DNA from: Myxococcota bacterium
Lineage (GTDB): Bacteria; Myxococcota_A; Polyangia; Nannocystales; Nannocystaceae
Reading direction: 5' to 3'
Assembly: GCA_039028615.1 (NCBI GenBank)
Contig: JBCCHT010000079.1
Span: forward strand, 1 to 21,178
DNA: 21,178 bases
Every line of letters starts with the position of its first letter. Position 1 is the stretch's first letter. A program made the position numbers and the translations under genes. Shown one piece after another: positions 1 to 10,884 of this stretch. Under the pieces are notes generated by a model. That model saw only the letters and a list, made by a program, of their open reading frames with translations. It did no database searches and was not told the DNA's origin.

Positions 1-90
1 CTTGGCGGACGTCTTCTTCTTGGCGGACGTCTTCTTCTTGGCGGACGTCTTCTTCTTGGCGGACGTCTTCTTCTTGGCGGCCGTCTTCTT
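1..90. repeat. 18-bp tandem repeat (cttggcggacgtcttctt) x4 plus one variant copy; encodes (KKKTSA)n on the minus strand
   Basis: Exact copies at 1-18, 19-36, 37-54 and 55-72, and a one-mismatch copy at 73-90. The array may continue outside the window. Confidence 0.95.
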
Positions 91-771
91 CTTGGAAGCT
101 TTGCGGCTGTGTCGGACGGCCATCTTCTCGATGTACGAGACGGCGTCGGGCGTCTTGCAGCTGGTGTCGCCGTGGTCGACGTGGACCGTGCCGATGGCCT
201 TGGCGATCTTCAACGCCTGGGTCCGCAGCGCGGGACGGTAACCGCCGATCGAGATCAACGCCCCGTTCATCGCGCTGCGAGTTCGGTTGGCCACCTCGTG
301 AATCTGATCGCGAATCTGTGGGAGCAACGGCTCGAACCACGCGTCGTCGGCATCCGTGCCGGGGGCCGACAGCGAGCCGACGATCTGCCATCCCGCGGCG
401 GAGCGCAGCTCGGTCTTGGCGTCACGCCATCGCTCGGAAACGCGACGAGCCAGCGGCGACTGAGCGGCGACCGTCGCGACGGCGTTGTTCTCGATGTGAT
501 TGCCGCACGCGCGTTGCCACGCATCGAGCGTGCGCAGGTTGAAGGCCCCGGGATCGGCAATCAACGTGGCGAGGATCCGCGCGTCGTGATTGCCGGTCTC
601 GAACAGCCCCAGCGCCAGTTCATGATCGACGCCGAGCTTCTTCTGCAGCTTGTACAGGTCGGCGTAGCGCACCCCGAACGCTGGCCCGTTGACGCCATGG
701 CGGTGGTAGGTCTTGAGCGCTTGCTCGCTACCGAGCTGCTCGAGTTGGGACATGACCTCGGCCAGTCGCAT
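1..771 (-). CDS. DNA alkylation repair protein (AlkD-like HEAT-repeat family) with Lys/Ala-rich C-terminal tail; 3' end lies beyond the window edge
   Basis: Translated by hand from the ATG at 771 (an in-frame ATG also exists at 783): [109 protein letters not shown]. There is no stop before position 1, which explains its absence from the ORF track. The FGV, '[19 protein letters not shown]' and '[15 protein letters not shown]' motifs are typical of this family. Confidence 0.8.
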   Translation of the reverse strand, partial: MRLAEVMSQLEQLGSEQALKTYHRHGVNGPAFGVRYADLYKLQKKLGVDHELALGLFETGNHDARILATLIADPGAFNLRTLDAWQRACGNHIENNAVATVAAQSPLARRVSERWRDAKTELRSAAGWQIVGSLSAPGTDADDAWFEPLLPQIRDQIHEVANRTRSAMNGALISIGGYRPALRTQALKIAKAIGTVHVDHGDTSCKTPDAVSYIEKMAVRHSRKASKKKTAAKKKTSAKKKTSAKKKTSAKKKTSAK

Positions 772-850
772 GGCCACGAGCATATCCAATCCGAGGTCGG
801 ACCGCTCCACACATGATGTTCCGACGACCGGCTGTTATGGTGGTGCCCAG
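772..850. promoter_or_regulatory. Divergent promoter region with candidate -10 elements for both flanking genes
   Basis: Minus strand: TATGCT (784-779) lies 7 nt before the ATG at 771. Plus strand: an extended -10-like TGtTATGGT (833-841) lies 9 nt before the GTG at 851. Neither gene has a clear Shine-Dalgarno. Confidence 0.4.
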
Positions 851-1420
851 GTGGAGCAGGGGCATTTGCAGGTCATTGGGGCGACGAGGATTACCCTCGT
901 GCAGGGGGACATCACCCGCCAACGCGTCGACGCCATCGTCAACGCGGCGAATTCATCGCTGCTGGGGGGCGGCGGCGTGGATGGGGCGATCCATCGGGCG
1001 GGAGGCTCGAAGATCTTGGAGGAGTGTCGTGCGATTCGAGCGGCGCGCGGCGGCTGCCCCACCGGGCAGGCGGTCGCGACGACGGCCGGCCTGCTGCCGG
1101 CATCCCGGGTGATTCACACCGTGGGCCCGGTGTGGAACGGCGGCGAGCGGGGCGAGGCCGAGCTGCTGCGCAGTGCCTATCGAACGAGCCTCGACGTGGC
1201 GATGACCGAGGAGGCCAAGACGGTCGCGTTCCCTTCGATCAGCACGGGGGCCTATCGCTTTCCCATCGAGCGGGCGGCCGGCATTGCGCTCGATACCATC
1301 GCCGAGCACTGTCGCAGGCACCCGGACACCTTCGAGGAAGTACGCATGGTGTTGTTCTCGGTGGAGGATTTCGAGGTCTACGCGCACACGCTGGCGACCC
1401 GGGTCGTTCAGCAGACGTAG
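851..1420 (+). CDS. ymdB: MacroD-type macrodomain protein (O-acetyl-ADP-ribose deacetylase / ADP-ribosylhydrolase, YmdB-like), 189 aa
   Basis: Motifs [40 protein letters not shown] and [14 protein letters not shown]. Start placed at GTG 851 because the track's start (713) overlaps the opposite-strand gene. Confidence 0.92.
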   Translation: MEQGHLQVIGATRITLVQGDITRQRVDAIVNAANSSLLGGGGVDGAIHRAGGSKILEECRAIRAARGGCPTGQAVATTAGLLPASRVIHTVGPVWNGGERGEAELLRSAYRTSLDVAMTEEAKTVAFPSISTGAYRFPIERAAGIALDTIAEHCRRHPDTFEEVRMVLFSVEDFEVYAHTLATRVVQQT

Positions 1421-1512
1421 ATCACGGCCGCGAGGACCCACAGCACGAGGTTGGCGCTGTACACGACCAGGGCGGGTTTGTTGAGCTGCTCGGGGGCGGG
1501 GACGGACACCAT
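1408..1512 (-). CDS. Candidate 34-aa single-pass membrane microprotein
   Basis: ATG(1512) to TGA(1408) gives [34 protein letters not shown]. 33 of 34 sense codons end in G/C, there is a ~20-residue hydrophobic C-terminal stretch, and the ORF fills otherwise unexplained intergenic space. Confidence 0.5.
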   Translation of the reverse strand: MVSVPAPEQLNKPALVVYSANLVLWVLAAVIYVC

Positions 1513-1553
1513 GTGAAGCAGTAGTCCGCGTCGTGCCCACAACCTGACGATCG

Positions 1554-1603
1554 AAAAAGCCCGTCCCGAACGAGGCCAGATTGGCTCCGTCAGGGCGGGC
1601 TTT
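1554..1603 (-). terminator. Probable intrinsic terminator downstream of the NCS1-mmsA unit
   Basis: The minus strand reads aaagcccgccc...gggacgggc-TTTTT, an imperfect GC stem followed by a U-tract, 20 nt after the mmsA stop. Confidence 0.6.
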
Positions 1604-1623
1604 GGGGATGGGAGGCGCGGTGC

Positions 1624-3107
1624 CTAGCTCATCCAGGTGGCGTCCTGCTGCAGCGCCCACTTGCTGGTGATCTTCCGCGGTCGCGTCCAGAAGCGGAAGC
1701 CGTCCCAGCCGGTGATGTTGCCGTGCCCGAACTTGCTGTCGTTCCACCCACCGAAGCCGAAGGGCTCGCGCGGCACGGGCACGCCGATGTTGACGCCACA
1801 CATGCCCGCGTCGACCTCGTTCATCACCCGGCGGGCCACGTCACCCGAGGTCGTGTACACGGCGCTCGCGTTGCCATAGGGGTTGGAGTTCTCGAGCGCG
1901 ATGGCCTGGTCGAGGTTGTCGACGTGCACGATGGAGAGCACGGGCCCGAAGATCTCTTCGCTCGCCGCAGGCATCTGGGCGGTCACGTTGTCGATGAGGG
2001 TGGGGCCGACCCAGTAGCCCCCCTTGCCCACGCTGCCGCCGCGACCGTCGACGAGCACTTTGGCCCCCGACTTCTCGGCTTCGTCGATGTACCGGGTGAT
2101 GCGCTCGACCCCGGCCGCGTTGGTGATGGGGCCCATGCTCTCGCCCAGCGTCATGGCGGCGCTGCGCTTGGCGACCTCGTTGACGATGTGCTGGACGTCG
2201 CCCACCGCGACCATGACCGAGGCGGCCATGCAGCGCTGCCCGGCGCAGCCGGTATACGAGGCGACCACGTTGTCGGCCGTGAGCTCGAGGTCGGCGTCGG
2301 GCACCACGATGAGGTGGTTTTTGGCGCCGCCCAGGCACAGCGAGCGCTTGCCCGTGGCGCAGGCGCGGCCGTAGACGAGCTTGGCCACGCGGGTGGAGCC
2401 GACGAAGGCGAGGGCCTCGATGCCGGGGTGGTCACACAGGGCCTCGACCGTCTCGCGACCGCCCTGCACGAGGTTGAGCACGCCCGCGGGCAGGCCCGCC
2501 TCGGCGAAGATCTCGGCCAGCTTGAGCGAGGACAGGGGCACCTGCTCGCTGGGCTTGAGCACGAACGAGTTGCCGGCCACCAACGCCTGGGGAAGCATCC
2601 ACAGGGGGACCATGAAGGGGAAGTTGAAGGGCACTACGCCCGCCACCACCCCGAGCGGGGCGTAGACGACCTCGCAGCTCACCCCGCGGCTGACCTCGAG
2701 CTGGTTGCCGGCCGCGAGGTTGGGCAGAGAGCAGCCGTACTCGACGCACTCGATGCCCTTTTCGACCTCGGCCTTGGCCTCGGAGAAGATCTTGCCGTTT
2801 TCGTGGCTGACGAGCCACGACAGCTCGTCGAGGTCGCGGACCATCAGCTCGCGCGCGCGGTACATGACGTGGGCGCGCTCGCGCAGGGGCCACTGGCTCC
2901 AATCGGTGAAGGCGGCCGCGCCCGCCTTCACGGCGGCGTCGACATCGGCGGCGGTCGACATCTGCACCGTGGCCATGGACTCGCCGTGCCGGGGGTTGAG
3001 CACGGGCAGCGGGTCGGCGCCCGTGGCATCGACCCACTCACCGCCGATGTAGTTGCGGGCGTCGATGTAGGAAGTCTGCTCGTAGGAGCTGGCTTGGAAT
3101 TTCGGAA

Positions 3108-3111
<4 letters not shown>
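1624..3111 (-). CDS. mmsA: CoA-acylating (methyl)malonate-semialdehyde dehydrogenase, 495 aa
   Basis: ALDH/MMSDH motifs PFNFP, LKPSEQVP, FVGST, LGGAKNH, catalytic GQRCMA, EEIFGPVL and GVNIGVPVPREPFGFGGW. GAGGAGG lies 7 nt before ATG 3111, which overlaps the NCS1 stop (ATGA). Confidence 0.92.
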
Positions 3112-4646
<1,535 letters not shown>

Positions 4647-4835
4647 CGGAAACCCCTCCATACCAATCCGGGGCAGGGAACCCAAGCCTCGGCCGGCCAG
4701 CATAGACCCGCTTCGGGCCGGATTGAAGGCCGGCTGAAGACGTCGTTCGGTGGTCTGGTCCCACGCCTCGGGGCAACCGTCCCCGCGGGCGAAAGCGAAA
4801 GGCGACAGCTGGTAGCGTGGGCGCACCGCGTCGCC

Positions 4836-7800
4836 ATGCCCCGCCCCCTACTGAAGCTCGCGATCCTGACCTTCGTGTTTTTGTCCCTCGTGTCTTGCCG
4901 TAATCGCAAGACCAAAGAGGGTCCTGCTGCCCCCGACTCGCCGGTGCCCGTGGCGCCCGCGGACGTGGCCCCGGGCCTGACGATCACGTTGTCTCACGCC
5001 GACGCGACCGCGGCCGAGCGGGTACCGACCACGCTGGCCGAGGCGACGACGCTCGGGGACAAGGAGACCGCGGCCGTGCTCGGTCGGCTGGCTCCGCTGG
5101 AGGCGGCCGAAACCACCGAATTCGCGCTGCGCGAGGCCTCCAAGCCGCCGCCCCGCACGGGGGCGACGGTGGTGGACTCGTTCCCGCCTCCGCCCAAGAA
5201 GGCGGGCAAGCGGCCCAAGCCCAAGGGGCCGCTCGAGGTCCTTCGGTTCGCGCCCGAGGGCGACGTTCCGTTGGCGCCGCACATGAGCGTGACCTTCAAC
5301 CACCCGATGGTCGCGGTGACCTCGGTCGATGCCCTGGCCGCCGCGGACGTGCCCGTCGAGCTGTCGCCGATGCCCGAGGGGGGCAAGTGGCGATGGGTGG
5401 GGACCAAGACCCTGCTCTTCGATCCCGACGAGCGCCTGCCCATGGCGACTCGCTACGAGGTGACGGTGCCGCGAGGGACTCGATCGTCGGTGGGCACGAA
5501 GCTGAAGAAGAAGCAGACGTGGAGCTTCTCGACGCCACCGCCCACCCTGGTGCGCCAGTACCCGGCCGGAGACTCCGTGCCACGCCAGCCGGTCGTGTTC
5601 GTGGCGTTCGACCAGCGGATCGACGAAGAGGCGGTGCTGCGATCGGTGAACCTGTCGGCGGCGGGCAAGAGCAAGCGGGCGGTGCGTCTGGCCCGAGCGG
5701 ACGAGATTGCGGACGATGCGGTGGTGCAGCAGCTGGTGGCGCAGCAGCAGCCGGGGCGATGGCTGGCCTTCGTGCCCGAGTCGCCGCTGCCCAACGACAG
5801 CAAGGTCACGGTAACCCTCGAAGCGGGTCTGCCCTCCGCCGAGGGGCCGCTGACCACGCTCGAGCCGCAGCAGTTTCGCTTCCGGATCTTCGGGCGCATG
5901 AAGGTGGTCGAGCACCAGTGCGGCTACGGTGGCCGCTGTGCGCCGGGCTTCCCGCTGACGATTCGGTTCAGCAACCGCGTCGACGCGGAGGAATTCGATC
6001 AGGCCATGGTCTCGGTCGAGCCCGAGGTCCCGCAGCTGCAGACCCGGGTCTACGGCGACACGCTGGGCATCACGGGCGACATCCGCGGGGAGACGCGCTA
6101 CACGGTCACGCTGTCGCCCGACATCCTCGACGTGTACGAGCAACGGCTGGGCGACTCGGACCCCTTGGTCTTCGACGTCGGCGCGGCTCCGCAGTCCCTG
6201 TTCATGCAGTCGCAGGGGCTGACCGTGCTCGACCCCGAGTCCAAGGGCAAGGTCTCGGTGTACTCGGTCAATCACGAGAAGCTGCGTCTGCGGCTGTGGA
6301 AGGTGAAGCCGAAGGACTGGCGCGAGTACTTGATCGCGATGGAGACGGCGGGCCGTGATCCCGAGCGGCTCGGCTTTCCCGGCGTTCAGGTCGTCGATCG
6401 AGTCATCGACGTCGCGCCCGATCCGAACGCCATGGTGGAGACGCTGGTCGATCTGGCGCCCGCCCTCGACTCCGGCCTCGGCCACGCGGTGATCGTGGTG
6501 GAGCAGACCGAGGTCCCGGCCGAGCCATGGCAGATGCAGCGCTCGATCGCCTGGGTGCAGTCCACCAGGCTCGGGTTGCAGGGGCATATCGATTCCGAGC
6601 GCATGCTGGTGTGGGCGACCGGGCTCGCCGACGGTGCTCCGCGAGAGGGCATCGAGGTGGAGCTGTTGCACATCGGCGCGAAGGCTCGGACCGGCGCGGG
6701 TGGCTTGGCCTCGCTGCCGCTGGCCAAGGTGGGCGCCCATATGATCGTCGCGCGAGAGGGAGCCGACGTGGCGTTCCTGCCGGAGTCGGTCTACTGGTGG
6801 AACCCGCACGGCTCGTGGAGCACCGCAGCCGGCCATCGCCAGCTGCGGTGGCACGTGTACGACGACCGCGGCCTGTATCGCCCGGGGGAAGAGGTCAGCA
6901 TCAAGGGGTGGATCCGCGAGATCGATCTCGGCAAGGGCGGCGACGTGCGGCGGATCGCCGGGGCGCATCGCACCATCGACTATCGGGTCACGGACTCGCA
7001 GGGCAACGAGGTCACCAAGGGCGAGCTGAAGCTCAACGCCTGGGGGGCGTTCGACGTCACGGTGGACCTGCCGGACACGATGAACCTCGGCTACGCCTAC
7101 CTGCAGATGACCCTGCGCGGCTCGGCGAGGCCGGGGAAAATGCAGGCCCACGGCTTTCGCGTCGAGGAGTTTCGACGGCCCGAGTACGAGGTGAAGACGC
7201 GGATCTCCGAAGGCCCCCACGTGGTGGGAGATCACGCGGTGTCCACGGTCGAGGCGGACTACTTCGCGGGCGGTGGGCTAGCCAACGCGGACGTCCATTG
7301 GTCCGTCTCCGCGAATCCCGGGCACTATCAGCCGCCGGGGCACGACCAGTACGCCTTCGGCCACATTGAGCCCTGGTGGATGTTCTGGCGCGCCTGGGGG
7401 CCAGCCAAGGAGACGCGCAAGACCCATCGAACCTTCGAGGCGCTGACCGACGCGGTCGGGGAGCATCACCTGCGCATGGACTTCGTGTCCGTGGACGAGC
7501 CGCGGCCGATGGCGGTGCGAGTGGAGGCTCGGGTCACGGACGTCAATCGTCAGGCCTGGTCCTCGTCGTCGAGCACGGTGGTGCATCCGGCCACGCGCTA
7601 CGTCGGGCTCCGCAACGAGCGGCGCTTCGTCTCCGCGGGCGAGGACATCGAAGTCGACTTCGTCGTCACCGACATCGACGGGGCGATCGAGTCCGGGGTC
7701 GACGTGTGGGTGAAGGCGGTTCGCGTCGAGTACGTCCAAGAACGCGGCGAGATGGTCGAAAAGGAGCGCGATCCGCAGACCTGCAAGAGCACGAGCAGGG

Positions 7801-10800
7801 AAGGAGCGACTCGCTGCACCTTGGCCACGAAGCTGGGCGGGACGCATCGCATCACCGCGGTGGTGGTCGACGACCAGGGCCGGCTCAACGAGACCCGCAT
7901 GGCGCTGTGGGTGGCGGGCGGTGACCTGCCGCAGCCGCAGAGCATCGGGCGCGACCAGGTGCTGCTCATCGCCGACCGCGAGCACTACGAAGACGGCCAG
8001 ACCGCGAAGATCTCGGTCTCCGCCCCCTGGGCCCCCGCGCACGGGCTGGTCACCATTCATCGCTCGGGTCTCGTCGAAGAGCGCGCGATCGAGCTGACCG
8101 GGCTGTCGACCACCATCGAGGTACCCATCGCCGACGCGATGACGCCCGCGGTCCAGGTCCAGGTCGACCTGGTGGGCTCCGTCCCGCGACGGGGTCCCGA
8201 CGGCAAGGTCGAGCCCAAGCTACCCCCGCGGCCCGCGTACGCGACGGGCACGGTCGTGCTCGACGTGCCGCCGCTGCGACGAACGTTGGCCCTGGGGGTC
8301 GAGCCGGCCAAGGCGAAGATCGAGCCGGGCGGCAAGACCTCGGTGTCGGTGCAGGTGAAGGATGCCGACGGGCGCCCCGTCGACGGGGCCGAGGTCGCCT
8401 TGGTGGTCGTGGACGAGGCGGTGCTGGCGTTGACCGGCTACACGCTCGCCGATCCGCTGGCGACCTTCTACAGCCCGCGGCCGCCCTCGGTGCGCAGCCA
8501 CTACCTACGCGATCACGTGTTGCTGGCGCCCTCGCAGGACATGCTGCTGGAGCAGGAGCGCGGGGAGGGCGATGCTTCTCGGCTCCCGGTCGGCAACAGC
8601 ACGGGGCGGGACTTCACGGCCGTCGTGGAGATGTCGCCCACCGCTTCGATGGACAGTGCAGGGGGCGCCGTGCCGGATCCCGCTCCGGCGCCGGGCGGCG
8701 GAGGCTCGAGCGGCCCCACCCCGATCGCGGTGCGCTCCGACTTCTCGGCCCAGGCGCTGTTCTCACCGAGCGTGAAGACCGATGCCTCGGGGCGGGCCAC
8801 CGTGCCGTTGTCCATGCCGGACAACCTCACTCGCTATCGGATCATGGCGGTCGCCGTCGAAGGCGAAGCCAACTTCGGGGTGGGGGAGTCGACCATCACC
8901 GCTCGCCTGCCGCTGATGGTGCGCCCCTCGGCGCCGCGCTTCCTCAACTTCGGTGACGCCTTCGAGCTGCCGGTCGTGCTGCAGAACCAAACGGACGAGC
9001 GCATGACAGTGGACGTGGCGGTGAAGGCCAGCAACGCGACCCTGACCGCGGGGGCGGGGCGTCGAGTCGTGATCCCGGCCGGCGATCGGGTCGAGGTTCG
9101 GTTCCCGACCAAGGCCGAGCTCGCAGGGACGGCTCGCTTTGCGGTCGGGGCCGCCGCGGGCAGCTGGGCGGACGCGGCGTCCTTCGATCTGCCCGTGTGG
9201 ACCCCGGCCACGACCGAGGCGTTCGCGACCTACGGCGAGATCGACTCGGGCGGCGTCGTCCAGCCGGTCTCCATGCCCCCGGAGGTCTTTGCCCAGTTCG
9301 GCGGGCTCGAGGTCACGACCTCGTCCACGGCTCTCCAGGCGCTCACCGATGCGGTGCTCTACCTGGTGACCTATCCCTTCGAATGCAGCGAGCAGACCGC
9401 GAGCCGAGTGTTGGCCATCGTGGCGCTCAACGACGTCCTCGCCGCGTTCGAGGCCGAAGGCCTGCCTTCGCCGAGCGAGCTTTCGGCCACGGTGAAGCGG
9501 GACATCGAGCGTCTGTCTCGGATGCAGTCGCGAGACGGCGGGTTCTCGTTTTGGGGTAGCGGCTGGCCGTCGTGGCCCTACCTCACCGTGCACGTCAGTC
9601 ATGCCTTGGAGCGTGCCCACATCGAAGGGTTCTCCGTGCCCGAGACCATGCGGACACGCGCCCTGAAGTACCTCGCCGAGATCGAGACCCACTTCGACCG
9701 CCCCACGCCCCAGGCGGTGCGCTGGGCCATCCAGGCGTACGCGCTCCATGTGCGGCGGCTGGCGGGCGAGCCCGATCCCACCAAGGCGCGGGCGCTGGTC
9801 GACGAGGCCGGCATCGAGAGCCTGTCCCTCGAGGCGCTCGGCTGGGTGCTGCCCACCTTGCACCAAAGCGGCCGGGACGGTGCCCTCGTCGCGCGGATCC
9901 ATCGACACCTGGACAACCGAGTGACCGAGACCGCCGCCACGGCGCACTTCGCCACCCGCTACGCAGACGGGGCCCACCTGCTGCTGCACTCCGACCGACG
10001 GGCGGATGCGGTGTTGCTCGAGGCGTTGATGAACACCAAGCCGAGCAGCGACCTCATCCCCAAGCTGGTGCGAGGGCTGCTCGGACATCGCCGGGCCGGC
10101 CGCTGGTCGAGCACCCAGGAGAACTCGTTCGTGCTGCTGTCGCTGGAGCGGTACTTCCGACAGTACGAGAAGGCGACCCCGAACTTCGTCGCGCAGGCGT
10201 GGCTCGGGGACGGCTTCGTGGGCAAGCACGCGTTCCGCGGTCGCACCACCGAGCGCCATCATGTCGAGGTGCCCATGAAGTGGCTGGCCGACCACGAGGG
10301 CGAGCAAGACCTCGTGCTCACCAAGAAGGGCAAGGGGCGCATGTACTACCGCGTCGGCATGCGCTACGCCCCACGCAACCTGAAGCTGCCGCCCTACGAC
10401 GCCGGCTTCGTGGTCGAGCGACAGTACGAGGCGGTCGACGATCAAGACGACGTGAGTCGCGATGCCGATGGCGCCTGGCACATCGCCGCCGGGGCCCGCG
10501 TCCGCGTGCGCCTGAAGATGGTGGCCGACGGCCGCCGCTACCACGTCGCGCTGGTCGATCCGCTCCCGGCCGGCCTCGAGCCGCTCAACCCCGCCTTGGC
10601 CACCACGGGCGCCCTCCCGGCCGATCCCGAGGACGAAGAGCGCAGCGGTTGGTGGTGGGCGCGAACCTGGTACGAGCACCAGAACATGCGAGACGAACGC
10701 GTCGAAGCGTTCACCTCGCTGCTGTGGTCCGGCGTACACGACTACGACTACGTCGCGCGGGCGACCACCCCGGGCACCTTCGTCGTGCCGCCCCCCAAGG

Positions 10801-10865
10801 CCGAGGAGATGTACCACCCCGAGACCTTCGGCCGCGGCGCGGGAGACATCGTGATCGTCGAGTAG
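4836..10865 (+). CDS. Bacterial alpha-2-macroglobulin family lipoprotein with N-terminal Ig-like domains, 2009 aa
   Basis: Lipobox LVSC; repeated Ig-like segments (FNHPMV, FDQRID, FSNRVD); MG-domain motifs DRGLYRPGE and FRVEEFRRPEYEV; VVDEAVLAL; PDNLTRYRIMAVA; PRFLNFGD; thioester motif YPFECSEQ (Cys codon 9384-9386); WSSTQEN; LVDPLPAGLE; ARATTPGTFVVPP..EEMYHPE. Confidence 0.93.
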   Translation: MPRPLLKLAILTFVFLSLVSCRNRKTKEGPAAPDSPVPVAPADVAPGLTITLSHADATAAERVPTTLAEATTLGDKETAAVLGRLAPLEAAETTEFALREASKPPPRTGATVVDSFPPPPKKAGKRPKPKGPLEVLRFAPEGDVPLAPHMSVTFNHPMVAVTSVDALAAADVPVELSPMPEGGKWRWVGTKTLLFDPDERLPMATRYEVTVPRGTRSSVGTKLKKKQTWSFSTPPPTLVRQYPAGDSVPRQPVVFVAFDQRIDEEAVLRSVNLSAAGKSKRAVRLARADEIADDAVVQQLVAQQQPGRWLAFVPESPLPNDSKVTVTLEAGLPSAEGPLTTLEPQQFRFRIFGRMKVVEHQCGYGGRCAPGFPLTIRFSNRVDAEEFDQAMVSVEPEVPQLQTRVYGDTLGITGDIRGETRYTVTLSPDILDVYEQRLGDSDPLVFDVGAAPQSLFMQSQGLTVLDPESKGKVSVYSVNHEKLRLRLWKVKPKDWREYLIAMETAGRDPERLGFPGVQVVDRVIDVAPDPNAMVETLVDLAPALDSGLGHAVIVVEQTEVPAEPWQMQRSIAWVQSTRLGLQGHIDSERMLVWATGLADGAPREGIEVELLHIGAKARTGAGGLASLPLAKVGAHMIVAREGADVAFLPESVYWWNPHGSWSTAAGHRQLRWHVYDDRGLYRPGEEVSIKGWIREIDLGKGGDVRRIAGAHRTIDYRVTDSQGNEVTKGELKLNAWGAFDVTVDLPDTMNLGYAYLQMTLRGSARPGKMQAHGFRVEEFRRPEYEVKTRISEGPHVVGDHAVSTVEADYFAGGGLANADVHWSVSANPGHYQPPGHDQYAFGHIEPWWMFWRAWGPAKETRKTHRTFEALTDAVGEHHLRMDFVSVDEPRPMAVRVEARVTDVNRQAWSSSSSTVVHPATRYVGLRNERRFVSAGEDIEVDFVVTDIDGAIESGVDVWVKAVRVEYVQERGEMVEKERDPQTCKSTSREGATRCTLATKLGGTHRITAVVVDDQGRLNETRMALWVAGGDLPQPQSIGRDQVLLIADREHYEDGQTAKISVSAPWAPAHGLVTIHRSGLVEERAIELTGLSTTIEVPIADAMTPAVQVQVDLVGSVPRRGPDGKVEPKLPPRPAYATGTVVLDVPPLRRTLALGVEPAKAKIEPGGKTSVSVQVKDADGRPVDGAEVALVVVDEAVLALTGYTLADPLATFYSPRPPSVRSHYLRDHVLLAPSQDMLLEQERGEGDASRLPVGNSTGRDFTAVVEMSPTASMDSAGGAVPDPAPAPGGGGSSGPTPIAVRSDFSAQALFSPSVKTDASGRATVPLSMPDNLTRYRIMAVAVEGEANFGVGESTITARLPLMVRPSAPRFLNFGDAFELPVVLQNQTDERMTVDVAVKASNATLTAGAGRRVVIPAGDRVEVRFPTKAELAGTARFAVGAAAGSWADAASFDLPVWTPATTEAFATYGEIDSGGVVQPVSMPPEVFAQFGGLEVTTSSTALQALTDAVLYLVTYPFECSEQTASRVLAIVALNDVLAAFEAEGLPSPSELSATVKRDIERLSRMQSRDGGFSFWGSGWPSWPYLTVHVSHALERAHIEGFSVPETMRTRALKYLAEIETHFDRPTPQAVRWAIQAYALHVRRLAGEPDPTKARALVDEAGIESLSLEALGWVLPTLHQSGRDGALVARIHRHLDNRVTETAATAHFATRYADGAHLLLHSDRRADAVLLEALMNTKPSSDLIPKLVRGLLGHRRAGRWSSTQENSFVLLSLERYFRQYEKATPNFVAQAWLGDGFVGKHAFRGRTTERHHVEVPMKWLADHEGEQDLVLTKKGKGRMYYRVGMRYAPRNLKLPPYDAGFVVERQYEAVDDQDDVSRDADGAWHIAAGARVRVRLKMVADGRRYHVALVDPLPAGLEPLNPALATTGALPADPEDEERSGWWWARTWYEHQNMRDERVEAFTSLLWSGVHDYDYVARATTPGTFVVPPPKAEEMYHPETFGRGAGDIVIVE

Positions 10866-10884
10866 AGGGAGGCGGCGGCCCGTC

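Noticed and set aside
1..90. Tandem repeat as a possible CRISPR array
   Set aside because: The units are contiguous 18-mers with no spacers, are in frame within a CDS, and no cas genes are present.
2..241. Plus-strand ORF with (ADVFFL)n repeats, and overlapping ORF 109..816
   Set aside because: Both are antisense shadows of the AlkD-like gene; the minus frame has family motifs and GC3-rich codons.
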